Part shown: positions 1 through 9,326 of the stretch, in pieces | Layout of the letters: each line of letters starts with the position of its first letter | Numbering within the stretch: the first letter of the stretch is position 1 | Virus record (IMG/VR): IMGVR_UViG_3300031965_000012 | Location: 7,998 to 71,997 of that record | DNA: 64,000 nt | From: a virus | Taxonomy: Duplodnaviria; Caudoviricetes | Strand: one strand, 5' to 3' | The notes under the pieces: generated by a model | Database searches by the model: none | What the model was told of the DNA's origin: nothing | The model's input: only the letters and a program-made list of their open reading frames with translations | Program-made: the position numbers and the translations under genes

Positions 1-249
1 AGCGGCGGTCAATGTAACTGATACAGTATTTCCAGCAGTAGCATCTGGCTCGGCGGTATATGTAACACCATCATCAGAATATTGAAGAGTGGCTACAAAC
101 GAGGTTGCCCAAGTACCACAGGACAAAAAGATAGCAGCGGTTGATCCCTTCGTGGTATCAATTGCGGTGGTAGTGTAAGTGGCCGCCGTACGAGAGAGGG
201 CGGTCAAACCTTCACTGATTGTAAAATTACTTCCAACGTCATGTCTCAT
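1..249 (-). CDS. Small virion structural protein (capsid decoration-like), runs off the window start
   Basis: ATG at 249 with AGGAGG upstream; open frame MRHDVGSNFTISEGLTALSRTAATYTTTAID... to base 1; Thr/Ala-rich; downstream of the capsid gene. Confidence 0.5.
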   Translation of the reverse strand, partial: MRHDVGSNFTISEGLTALSRTAATYTTTAIDTTKGSTAAIFLSCGTWATSFVATLQYSDDGVTYTAEPDATAGNTVSVTLTAA

Positions 250-297
250 TTTATAAATCCTCCGTAAGAATTATTTATGTTCGTTTATTACTAAAAA

Positions 298-1071
298 TTA
301 AAGGGCCGATTGAAGCCCACATTCCCAATCAGATAAGGCAACTACACCAGTCTGAGCAGCATTGGCCTGGAGCATATACAGGAAGGGAACAACAACCTCA
401 GTAGCGTCAAAAGAAAATGCCGCCGTAACTGTCGGGGCCACTCCATCAATTGTGTAAGTAACCGCTCCATTAATGTCTACAAATACGCCAAGTTCCACTT
501 CCGTAGCATCTGCTAAATCATCAGTGGTATCAGTAGTCGTGGTATCACCATTGTTTAAAATGGTTTCGATTTTGATATCCCCGGCAATGACATTCAACGC
601 CGCCATTTCATCATAGTCATCAACATTGGCTTGATATGCCTCTGCTTTTCTGAAACCAACGGCAAAATCATCAGTTCCAGCAACCGTGGCAATTGTGACA
701 GTGGCTTTAAGATAAAAAGCATCAGTACCAACTACAAATGCCCCGGTGGAACGTGCTGTAATGCCCTGCCCAATTTCCACCCCGTCATTGTCCGTTTGGT
801 CCATGCCAATATTAAGACCGCCGGCAACAAGCGAGGGGGCGGTAATAGTTTGAGTACCTAGAATATGGTATTCAAAAGCATTATTGGGGAATAGCATTGC
901 ATTTTCATCGCCAGTTGTACCACCGGCAGCACCACCACCGATTTTAGCCGTAACTGGATTTGAGTCAAACGTCTCTTTGGTATGACGTGCATTGAGAGAT
1001 AAAACATCCTCAGTGACATCATGCTCTTTAACAATTAATTTTCGAGTTGCTACATAGGGTTTTTCATACAT
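298..1071 (-). CDS. Hypothetical virion protein (beta-rich)
   Basis: 257-aa ORF with AAGGAG RBS directly after the major capsid gene; acidic, Thr/Ala/Val-rich. Confidence 0.55.
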   Translation of the reverse strand: MYEKPYVATRKLIVKEHDVTEDVLSLNARHTKETFDSNPVTAKIGGGAAGGTTGDENAMLFPNNAFEYHILGTQTITAPSLVAGGLNIGMDQTDNDGVEIGQGITARSTGAFVVGTDAFYLKATVTIATVAGTDDFAVGFRKAEAYQANVDDYDEMAALNVIAGDIKIETILNNGDTTTTDTTDDLADATEVELGVFVDINGAVTYTIDGVAPTVTAAFSFDATEVVVPFLYMLQANAAQTGVVALSDWECGLQSAL

Positions 1072-1101
1072 TTTGACTGCTCCTTAAATTGTATGATTAT
1101 T

Positions 1102-1131
1102 AAAAGTAGCCCCTATTTTTCAAGGGGCTTT
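1102..1131 (-). terminator. Intrinsic terminator after major capsid gene
   Basis: AGCCCC/GGGGCT stem followed on the minus strand by ACTTTT. Confidence 0.5.
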
Positions 1132-1150
1132 GAATGAATCGTTTTACTGA

Positions 1151-2344
1151 TTATGAAGCGGCAATCTTCAACAGACGGAATGCCTCAGCAAGTTTTGGAA
1201 GACCTGCAACACGCTTCTTGACGATGAAACCAACCATATCTTTTTCAGCGTATCGCTCGTTCAAACGAGTAATAGTAACACCGGAACGGTCACGAATCTG
1301 ATAGAAAGAGAAATCACCAAAAGCAACTGGATAAGTTCCGGCGGCGACATCTGGCATTCCCTCAGCAGCTACAACACGCTTGCCAAGCAATGTGGCATTC
1401 GGGGCGTTTGCTGTAGCAGGATTCCACAAGTACTGACCATTTCCATCCTTCAATTGCATATAAGACCCCATGGTAACAGAATTCATTGCAAAAGTTCCGT
1501 TCATCCGATAAGATGAGTTGGTGGCTGACATCAAAGTAATCAAAGCGTCAATTCCATTATGTGACGCATCGGAAATAGCAGCGGCGACACCAGAAGCATT
1601 ATAGTTTGCCTGAATGAGTGAATCAGTTGTAATACCCTGCGGGCGATTTCCGCCAGCGCCAGCAACAAAAGCGGTATCTTCCGCCTCAGCAATAACACGA
1701 CCAAACGCCTGAGAAAGATCCCCGATGATATTCGCCTCAGTATCTTCCAGCGTGTTATTGGATACAAGATAAAGTGCTTTGAGGTCTTTAACCTCGTTAC
1801 GACCAACACCAGCATCAAGATCCTGCTCAGAGATATCAAGTTTTTCATTGCCCCATGCTACAATCGGTTTGCTCAGGAGACCATTTACAACAACAGCATT
1901 ACCGGTTGTGCCAACATCACAAAGCGGACGGATTACAGCGATATTACTTGCAGCAATAATAATGCTACTTTCCAGCATTTCAGGAGCAAGGAATCCACCA
2001 TCAGCATCAGATGCCTGGCTCAATGAACGTTTTTCTTCTGAGGTCATTTGCTCAGAAGTAAAACCATATCGCAAATATTTATCCCATGCCCGAACAAGCA
2101 ATTGTGCTTTTTCATCAAGCTCCTTCTCTTCGCGTTTTGGGGCCTCGGCCTTTGCACGCATCTCTTCAATTTCTTTTGTAATTGCTGTGAGGTCAGCAAC
2201 CATCTTATCGACCTTTTCACGGGTCAAAATAGATTCCTGACCAAACTTCTCACGCTCCTGAATAGCGAGGTCATTTGCCTCCTTAAATTCAGCATGGATT
2301 TTATTAATTTTTTCAATCAACTCTCTTGTTTCCATTCTTCCCAC
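1151..2344 (-). CDS. HK97-family major capsid protein
   Basis: N-terminal coiled-coil delta domain, DADGGFLAP, LKDGNGQYLW, LLGKRVV, FGDF..Y.IRDR motifs. Confidence 0.95.
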   Translation of the reverse strand: MGRMETRELIEKINKIHAEFKEANDLAIQEREKFGQESILTREKVDKMVADLTAITKEIEEMRAKAEAPKREEKELDEKAQLLVRAWDKYLRYGFTSEQMTSEEKRSLSQASDADGGFLAPEMLESSIIIAASNIAVIRPLCDVGTTGNAVVVNGLLSKPIVAWGNEKLDISEQDLDAGVGRNEVKDLKALYLVSNNTLEDTEANIIGDLSQAFGRVIAEAEDTAFVAGAGGNRPQGITTDSLIQANYNASGVAAAISDASHNGIDALITLMSATNSSYRMNGTFAMNSVTMGSYMQLKDGNGQYLWNPATANAPNATLLGKRVVAAEGMPDVAAGTYPVAFGDFSFYQIRDRSGVTITRLNERYAEKDMVGFIVKKRVAGLPKLAEAFRLLKIAAS

Positions 2345-2363
2345 TCCTTTTTTAATTGGGTTA

Positions 2364-3641
2364 TTAAATGTTTGAACCTTTTGTTTTAATTACATTACTC
2401 AAACTATCAAGGGACTCTAACAGAGCAGCCATATCCGTAGGACTAGCGCCTTTATCTCCATTACATCCACAATTACATCGTGTTTCTGTACTACCAGCAA
2501 GAACTCGAATACGTGCTAATTCTGCCTCTGAAAATGTCCCCTTATCACGGAGTTGCTGGAAAAGTGAAGTAACAGCCTTTCCACGAACTTCCCGATAAAC
2601 AGAGCTAATTTCAGGTGAAAATTCAGCAAGCCTTGTTCGTGCCTCCACACTAATCAATTCCCCGGCTTTCAGTGACCGTAATTCGTCGGCTGAAAGTGGT
2701 GAGTTAAGCGCGATATCTTCAATGGTTTTATCACCATATGTTTTTTCAAATGCGGCGGATAATTCATTTTTAATTGGATGGAATCCACGAGTAAGGTAAG
2801 CAGACATCCACTCAACATAAGCAGCGTGTGCCTTTTCCCATGTATCATCCATAGCGGCGATTTTATCATCAGGACTTAAATCACTATACCAAACATCATC
2901 CATGGTATAATAAAATGAGTTCATTATCTGGCTACCCTTCTGCCAAAATTCCATATCCTGTAAGGTTTCATTGAAATCAGTGGACCGAGATTCTTCACCG
3001 GCTTCCTCTGGTTCATTATTATTTTCCGGATCAGTATCTTCCTCATGCTCCGCTTGCTCAAACCGGGAACGAACATTGACTACCGATGTATTTTCATTGG
3101 CCCCAAAAGTGACGGGAGAAACTTCCCATAATTTCACTTCTGAGATATCAATAAAACCATCCGTTGCTCTTTTCTGTTTAACAATATCAAATCCAAAACT
3201 CATTTGATTAATGGTACCAGAAAGCATCTGAGTACGGGCCTGGTCAGCCCTTTCCACACCAATATCAAGTTTTCCATTAACCAATAATCCATGGTCATCT
3301 TCCCTGGCATCTTTTACGATGCCAATGGGTTCTTTGATATTGTGTTGCCAAAGTATTTTGATATTCCCGGCTTTCAAACGCTCCTGGATGGATTTCCTAA
3401 ACGCCCCTCTTGTAAAACGAGTTCCGTAAGAATCAACATCACCCCAAACAGCAACGTAAGCCTCAAAAGTTCCATCTGTGTCATCAAATTTGCGGACTTC
3501 AAAACATCGGCGCTCAAAACCTTTATCGGTTCCACTATCACGAGTATGGATTTTATTCCAATCAACCGACTCATCCCCTATTGCCAAAATTGCTATATTA
3601 GGATTCATTCTATTGCCCTTCCCACATCGTTTTTTATTCAT
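2364..3641 (-). CDS. HK97-family prohead protease with long acidic C-terminal extension
   Basis: FEAYVAVWGDVDSYG, ILWQHN..EPIG, MSFGF, LWEVSPVTFGAN motifs; precedes the capsid gene. Confidence 0.9.
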   Translation of the reverse strand: MNKKRCGKGNRMNPNIAILAIGDESVDWNKIHTRDSGTDKGFERRCFEVRKFDDTDGTFEAYVAVWGDVDSYGTRFTRGAFRKSIQERLKAGNIKILWQHNIKEPIGIVKDAREDDHGLLVNGKLDIGVERADQARTQMLSGTINQMSFGFDIVKQKRATDGFIDISEVKLWEVSPVTFGANENTSVVNVRSRFEQAEHEEDTDPENNNEPEEAGEESRSTDFNETLQDMEFWQKGSQIMNSFYYTMDDVWYSDLSPDDKIAAMDDTWEKAHAAYVEWMSAYLTRGFHPIKNELSAAFEKTYGDKTIEDIALNSPLSADELRSLKAGELISVEARTRLAEFSPEISSVYREVRGKAVTSLFQQLRDKGTFSEAELARIRVLAGSTETRCNCGCNGDKGASPTDMAALLESLDSLSNVIKTKGSNI

Positions 3642-3661
3642 CGTTCCTCTCCTATTGAATT

Positions 3662-3700
3662 AAAAATAATTTAGTTATTAACACTATATAAATAAAGAAA
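3662..3700 (-). promoter_or_regulatory. Putative late promoter, copy upstream of protease-capsid
   Basis: Minus-strand TTTCTTTATT-N10-TAATAACTAAATTATTTTT, same two blocks and spacing as 19353-19391. Confidence 0.5.
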
Positions 3701-3708
3701 ATTATGGT

Positions 3709-4059
3709 TTACGTATCCTTCCCACTAACAAGAAATGTGAAAGAATATATTTTTTTATCAAAATTAGCAGAACTGATGGAACCAATAAATATCCCCTCTT
3801 GTAATGCCAACCGAACTAACGCGTATGTTTGGATTATTGATTGTAAATTTGTTTTATTGGTATCATTCGCATTAAACTTTACATCAAACGTCCTGTCGGA
3901 ATGACTAAATCCAGAATGAACAAAAACAGCCCCACCGTCTAGCGTCTGTGTTCTGGTCACGCGCGGGGCTAGTTCAGTTAATTTATTTTCTGAGGAGAGC
4001 CTTATTTTAGCCATCCCGGTTATTGATGAACTTAGTGATGTTATAAATGCTATTTTCAT
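3709..4059 (-). CDS. Hypothetical tail protein
   Basis: 116-aa ORF ending the tail operon; RVTRTQTLDGGAVFVHSGFS resembles small siphophage tail proteins. Confidence 0.5.
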   Translation of the reverse strand: MKIAFITSLSSSITGMAKIRLSSENKLTELAPRVTRTQTLDGGAVFVHSGFSHSDRTFDVKFNANDTNKTNLQSIIQTYALVRLALQEGIFIGSISSANFDKKIYSFTFLVSGKDT

Positions 4060-4062
4060 AAA

Positions 4063-5877
4063 CTATGCTGGCCTCTCATAAAATTGAAAACTATAGGTAT
4101 ACCCACGCTCCAAAAAATCTGTATTGGCTATGTAATCAGTTAGTGCCGTGGTGTTGTCTAAACCAACAAAAGAATCGGCTACTTTATTTTGAGAAATGAC
4201 ATCTGTAATAAACCACGAATTATAATTACGCTCAACGATAGTAGGCTGACCACATGTAGCCCTAATATTATTAGTATACCACTCAAGTTCATCGGTATAT
4301 AAAATATCAAAATACGAATCAAGAGTTTCTGATGTAGGCGTGCAGGTTTGGTATGTTGTTGCTTGTAGTGGACCAATCTGAGTGATGAACTCTATTGATC
4401 TATTACAACCGTGCTCAACGCCATCTATATCCTCAAATGCAAATGTAGTCCAAAAAGAAGATTGGTAATTTGCGTAAAAATCAACATTAACTACTGTCCC
4501 GCCTTGATTAACTGTGACATGGCAATAACCTGTGCCGGTGCCAGTCTCAATTTTATCATAAAGTAGGCTGTATAAACTAACGGGGTCTAGGGCAATTCTC
4601 TCAGAACAAATAACTATATTTCCAGCAGTACACGAAAGCACATTAGTAGAAGTGCCAAATAAATCACTCACATCCACAGTTGCTGAGTCATAACCATACC
4701 ATGTCCATTCCTGAACCCAGTCCTTTAAAATATAATTAGCAACGTCACCAAACGGAGGTAATTCAAAAGGGTGATCCCAATCCTGGGCCTCAATTTCAGT
4801 AAGTGTTGGCCCAGTAAAAACAAGGCTAAGTGGAACTCCTTCAGTAGTATTCCACACACCAGACCCCGTATTCCACGCGATATAAGGGTTGCCAGCTATA
4901 ACACCAGCGTAGCTCTGTTCATAAATCCATGTGCCATTATACGCGTCTGAATACCCATTAGTATACGGTGTTCTTATTTCCCTGATTAACCCCGGTATTG
5001 ACATCCCAGCAGGTCCACCGGCAGTGGAAAGTGATTGCGTCGTTATTACAGCCTCAACCTCTGCTAAAGTGGCATCCTGGACTAAGAATTCACCAGTCTC
5101 AAAATCGTACAAACTATATAATTCATCTGCATAATCTATATTGTTGGTGTATAACGGTGTTTTATTAAGTCTAATTATTAAATTAGCAGCACATTTAACC
5201 GGTGATTCTGTAAATCCAATAACTTTAGGCGTATTCCAATTATATGAAAATTGTACTAGTACTTTATCACCTACTTCAAACGCACGTGAATTACACGGTG
5301 GATACTCAATAGAAACAGAGAATAAAAGTGGAGTTTGATTAACATTAAGCCCCACCATAACTGCCGATGTAAGCACTACTGCACATTTGTCAGTGGTGTA
5401 ATTGATTGCGTAAATAGTACCTTCCCTGTAGGATGGTTTCCATTTTTCGGTCCCGGCAAGCATAGCATAATTATAATAAGCAGATGCCGGTGTCATAAGG
5501 GCAGTAGGGCGTATCCATCCATCATCTGCCTGTGACCATGATCCAATATCAATTACGTTTTTGAACCCCCCCTCAATCACCGCCTCAGCAATAGGGACAG
5601 TACCTGTCAAAGTTTCATCATATCGTGTTGACCAAATAAAAACGTATTCCCCTGTAGTGATGGAATTTAATTTTACAATCTGCTTTTGGTATGAAGTCTT
5701 TAATAGCTTCATATAGGATATGGCATTACTATCTGTTTCCGTCAAAAGGCGCTCATCAATATCAGCAATACGTGCCTCAAAAACGGCAATACGATCAGTA
5801 ATCCCAGTGGAATCATATTGCAAATAGACATAGTATTTCGAATTGCCTAAATATGATATAATTGTGCCCTTACCCAT
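4063..5877 (-). CDS. Tail tip / baseplate-like protein
   Basis: 604-aa ORF tightly coupled in the tail operon; N-terminal coiled coil and OB-like segment (AFEVGDKVLVQF). Confidence 0.5.
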   Translation of the reverse strand: MGKGTIISYLGNSKYYVYLQYDSTGITDRIAVFEARIADIDERLLTETDSNAISYMKLLKTSYQKQIVKLNSITTGEYVFIWSTRYDETLTGTVPIAEAVIEGGFKNVIDIGSWSQADDGWIRPTALMTPASAYYNYAMLAGTEKWKPSYREGTIYAINYTTDKCAVVLTSAVMVGLNVNQTPLLFSVSIEYPPCNSRAFEVGDKVLVQFSYNWNTPKVIGFTESPVKCAANLIIRLNKTPLYTNNIDYADELYSLYDFETGEFLVQDATLAEVEAVITTQSLSTAGGPAGMSIPGLIREIRTPYTNGYSDAYNGTWIYEQSYAGVIAGNPYIAWNTGSGVWNTTEGVPLSLVFTGPTLTEIEAQDWDHPFELPPFGDVANYILKDWVQEWTWYGYDSATVDVSDLFGTSTNVLSCTAGNIVICSERIALDPVSLYSLLYDKIETGTGTGYCHVTVNQGGTVVNVDFYANYQSSFWTTFAFEDIDGVEHGCNRSIEFITQIGPLQATTYQTCTPTSETLDSYFDILYTDELEWYTNNIRATCGQPTIVERNYNSWFITDVISQNKVADSFVGLDNTTALTDYIANTDFLERGYTYSFQFYERPA

Positions 5878-5880
5878 ACC

Positions 5881-7230
5881 CTAAACACTCACTACAGTCA
5901 TTGACTCATATCCAACAGAAACAGAATAGGTGATAGATTCCACTTCAAACGATAAGACATCATATGTTACAATGTCACCGGGATTCAAATAGATATCGAC
6001 CGCCCCTCGAATAGTTTGTTTTCCATCAGACTGAATTGCTGTATATTGCACATTTTCTAATATTGCTGATTGCCCAACAACTGTACCTAAATTCGTACGC
6101 CCTTCTAAAACGGTGGAAGTATTAGTTCCACCCTCATAAATTGTGATTGTTTCAAAATCTACCCTAGCAATTTCCTTTCGAACAACATTTACCCCATTTA
6201 ATTGGTATGACATTTCAATAACCATCTGTCCATTTGGCCTAGCAGTTATTTCATCATCGTAATCATTCCCTTTAACAACAACAGATAAAAATGAAGTAGA
6301 ATCAGAGCCTCTTCGACGAGCCTGGAAAGATGTAATAGGAATTTCAATGTCGGTTGTTCCATCAGCACGCCCAGTTAAAATGAAATAATAACGTCTAACT
6401 ACCTGAGAGCTGTACCGCTCAATAAAATCAGTGAGGTTTAAGGCTGAAAACTCCACTGAGAGAGACGAATTTACATTTTGAGGGATAGTGTACTCCGTTA
6501 TAGTAAAATCAGCGGATAACGAAGAATTTACATTTTCCTCTCTTATCTGTATTGGGAGGAAAGAGACTGATAAGGCTGAAGAGTGTGTAAGCTCTTTTTC
6601 ATATGGTTTATCAGCAGTGAATGAAACAGAAAGGGCACTAACATTGTCAAAATCTCCGGCAGTCTGAGTGATTAAAAAAGAAGTACTTAAACCGCCGGAA
6701 AATGTAATAACACACTCATAGCCGATTTCTACTGAAAACGCGGTAGATAAAGCGGATGAAAATGGGACTACTTCTGTCTCATATGCTGTGTACGGTTCAG
6801 TTGGGACTGTTATAATATCAGTAAGTCCTACAACAGGAGCAGCAGAAAAATCATTTGCATCTGTAATGCGTGCCTGATCAATATATCCATCAAAATAATT
6901 ACTACCAGCCAAAGACCCTACATAAAGAACACCAGCAAAAGCATCTGTATCCGCGTCGCTTACATAGGCCGTCTGTGATCCGTCCAGATAAATACCGTAT
7001 TCATCAGAAACCTTGCAAAGTGCTACATGATGCCAATTTGTGTCTGAAACTTCACCACCGGCAAGAGTGACGATAGTAGTTCCGCCAGAAACGACACGGA
7101 ATTGGAGTCCTGTACCATGGACATGCTCAAGCACCCAGTAGTTGTTGGCATCCTCATATTGACAAATAAGCGTTTCTGTGCCAACGTGATCGGTAAACTT
7201 TGCCCGTAAATCTATCGTCTTGTTTGCCAT
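5881..7230 (-). CDS. Tail protein with N-terminal LamG (concanavalin-like) segment
   Basis: WHHVALCK, YGIYLDG, YFDGYIDQARI LamG motifs followed by a tail-like C-terminus. Confidence 0.65.
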   Translation of the reverse strand: MANKTIDLRAKFTDHVGTETLICQYEDANNYWVLEHVHGTGLQFRVVSGGTTIVTLAGGEVSDTNWHHVALCKVSDEYGIYLDGSQTAYVSDADTDAFAGVLYVGSLAGSNYFDGYIDQARITDANDFSAAPVVGLTDIITVPTEPYTAYETEVVPFSSALSTAFSVEIGYECVITFSGGLSTSFLITQTAGDFDNVSALSVSFTADKPYEKELTHSSALSVSFLPIQIREENVNSSLSADFTITEYTIPQNVNSSLSVEFSALNLTDFIERYSSQVVRRYYFILTGRADGTTDIEIPITSFQARRRGSDSTSFLSVVVKGNDYDDEITARPNGQMVIEMSYQLNGVNVVRKEIARVDFETITIYEGGTNTSTVLEGRTNLGTVVGQSAILENVQYTAIQSDGKQTIRGAVDIYLNPGDIVTYDVLSFEVESITYSVSVGYESMTVVSV

Positions 7231-8766
7231 TTATGCAATATCCCAGTTTCCGGAGTCAGGAATTGCCACATAATCCCCCGTTCCATCAAATTTCCATGAA
7301 GAATTGAAACCTGTATCGGTCTCTTGGGAGAGAACAATTCCGTCTGTGAGAGTGACGTTGTGGTTCTCTCCGCCTACTGCTGAATTCCCACTTGGCTGCA
7401 GAAGTAGTTTTGTATTGGTGTCAGATTCAAGAGGAGCAGAAGGAGGAGTAAAACCACTCTCCATACTCCTAGTTGTCCCAGTACTAATCCTAATAATCGG
7501 GATAAATCCGTCAAAGTAATACACGCCACTTGCGTACGGATTTATCGAAGCAATAATCAATGGAAGACCAGAAGCAGTTTGTATTGTACGTGTACTTATA
7601 TCGTGCGTGGTCCCCTGCTGGACTCCATCAATAAATATTTTTAAATCCGCGCCATTCCGGACTACCGCGAAATGGTAAAGCCTGTTGTTAACTGGGGTAA
7701 ATCCAGAAGAGACATCAACCCTTGTTCCACCATATCTATAAGAAAAATATAATACACCACTCCCACCATTATCATAAAACCACAACCAATAATTGTTTGT
7801 AGTAGCAACATCATTTCCCTTACCAAAAAGTATGGGGTAGCTATCACCAGACGGGTATGTAGTATCTTTACAAAACCACCCATCTATTACAAAGTCAGCA
7901 CTGCCAAGTTCTAAAGATGCATCGTCTGGTATAGACAAGTATTCAGTTGCCCCATCAAGCTCAAATGCCCCATCCCACCAAAAAGTACATCCTGAAACAC
8001 CAACTACTGTAACAGTATGCCCCGTGCTACCACTATCAGTAAAACTAGTAGGTGTCCCCCCTTGTATCCATCCACTATCTTCTGTACTATCAAACTTGAT
8101 ATATAATTTCAGGTTTGAATCCTCTGTTATATCTGTCGGAGAAGTAGGAGGAGAATATGATGCATCTGAGTTATGAACGCAGTTACTGTAAACACCAACA
8201 TGCCCAATATATCCTTGGAACATAGTGCCAACACCAGTTAAAGAGCGCCTACCAATTGAAAGAGAATTCGAATAATTTTGGAATGAAGAAACACTGCCAG
8301 ATCCCCCCAAAACACCATTAATAAATATCCTAAGGACACCGGAAGAGTAAGCCAGCTCAACATAATTCCACTTCCCTATAGATAGTGGTACGGTGGTTGC
8401 AATATATGTTCCAGCTCCATTTGTATAAAATCTTAGGATATCACCAGATCCTCCCTCTACCCACCAACCAGTATATGGGGATGCGTATAATGATTTCCCA
8501 AATAGCTCCTTATTATTTATTGTAACTGTTGGAAAAATCCAAAGCGCGATGGTAAAATCTGATGTGCCTGGTTGAAAATCTGTATGGTCAGGCACCGTTA
8601 AATAGGATGATCCATTAAAGAACCCAGAAGTCCCAACCAGGCTATTCCCCTCAGCCCCGAAACTTTTCAGAACAGGGGTGCCATGAACAGTTATCTCATG
8701 GCCAACGTTCCCCCGGTCCCCAAGGCAAGGCAAGAGTAATTTTGTATTTACGGTATTACCGGCCAT
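7231..8766 (-). CDS. LamG-repeat tail / receptor-binding protein
   Basis: Repeated FNGSSYLTVPD..DFTIALW, WNYVELA, LRIFING, YHFAVVR, KIFIDG motifs. Confidence 0.8.
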   Translation of the reverse strand: MAGNTVNTKLLLPCLGDRGNVGHEITVHGTPVLKSFGAEGNSLVGTSGFFNGSSYLTVPDHTDFQPGTSDFTIALWIFPTVTINNKELFGKSLYASPYTGWWVEGGSGDILRFYTNGAGTYIATTVPLSIGKWNYVELAYSSGVLRIFINGVLGGSGSVSSFQNYSNSLSIGRRSLTGVGTMFQGYIGHVGVYSNCVHNSDASYSPPTSPTDITEDSNLKLYIKFDSTEDSGWIQGGTPTSFTDSGSTGHTVTVVGVSGCTFWWDGAFELDGATEYLSIPDDASLELGSADFVIDGWFCKDTTYPSGDSYPILFGKGNDVATTNNYWLWFYDNGGSGVLYFSYRYGGTRVDVSSGFTPVNNRLYHFAVVRNGADLKIFIDGVQQGTTHDISTRTIQTASGLPLIIASINPYASGVYYFDGFIPIIRISTGTTRSMESGFTPPSAPLESDTNTKLLLQPSGNSAVGGENHNVTLTDGIVLSQETDTGFNSSWKFDGTGDYVAIPDSGNWDIA

Positions 8767-8770
8767 AATA

Positions 8771-9310
8771 TTAAGCTATTGCTGTATCTTGTGCAGTCGA
8801 AGTGACTTGGACCTTTACCACCGTGCCAGAAATAACTCCAACCGGTGAACTAAATTGTGCAGCCGCATAAAGTGTTCCACCACCTGCTGTATCACCCTTA
8901 GTAGCAGCACCAGTTCCACCACCAACAAGGGCACCACCATAAATAGTTACACTACCATTAAATGTGAAACTCGCCTGGGATGCTGAATTATCCACGCTGG
9001 AAACATTGCCCGTAGTTGAAATAGTTCCAGGAGTCCATGCTACACGATTTGCTTCATCATAGACAGTTGATTCAGTATAAACCGGAACGGCGTATGTTTC
9101 ACTTCCATCAATTGTTGTATTCGACTCAAACAAAGCAACCTTCCATGCTGTTATAGCTGTCCCACCTTTATGGAGTACGTCAAGTAGATGTTCCAATCCC
9201 TCGTCAGAAATAAGGTTTTCAAAAGTCTGCTCAAAATCTTTTTTCAATTCTCCATCGTACCAATTAAACCGCTCAATCTTCCAAAATGTTTTAACGCCGG
9301 TGTTATTCAT
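8771..9310 (-). CDS. Hypothetical virion (tail) protein
   Basis: 179-aa ORF after tape measure; NLISDEGLEHLLDV and TLYAAAQFSSP typical of tail-region proteins. Confidence 0.5.
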   Translation of the reverse strand: MNNTGVKTFWKIERFNWYDGELKKDFEQTFENLISDEGLEHLLDVLHKGGTAITAWKVALFESNTTIDGSETYAVPVYTESTVYDEANRVAWTPGTISTTGNVSSVDNSASQASFTFNGSVTIYGGALVGGGTGAATKGDTAGGGTLYAAAQFSSPVGVISGTVVKVQVTSTAQDTAIA

Positions 9311-9326
9311 TGTGCTACTCTCCTTT

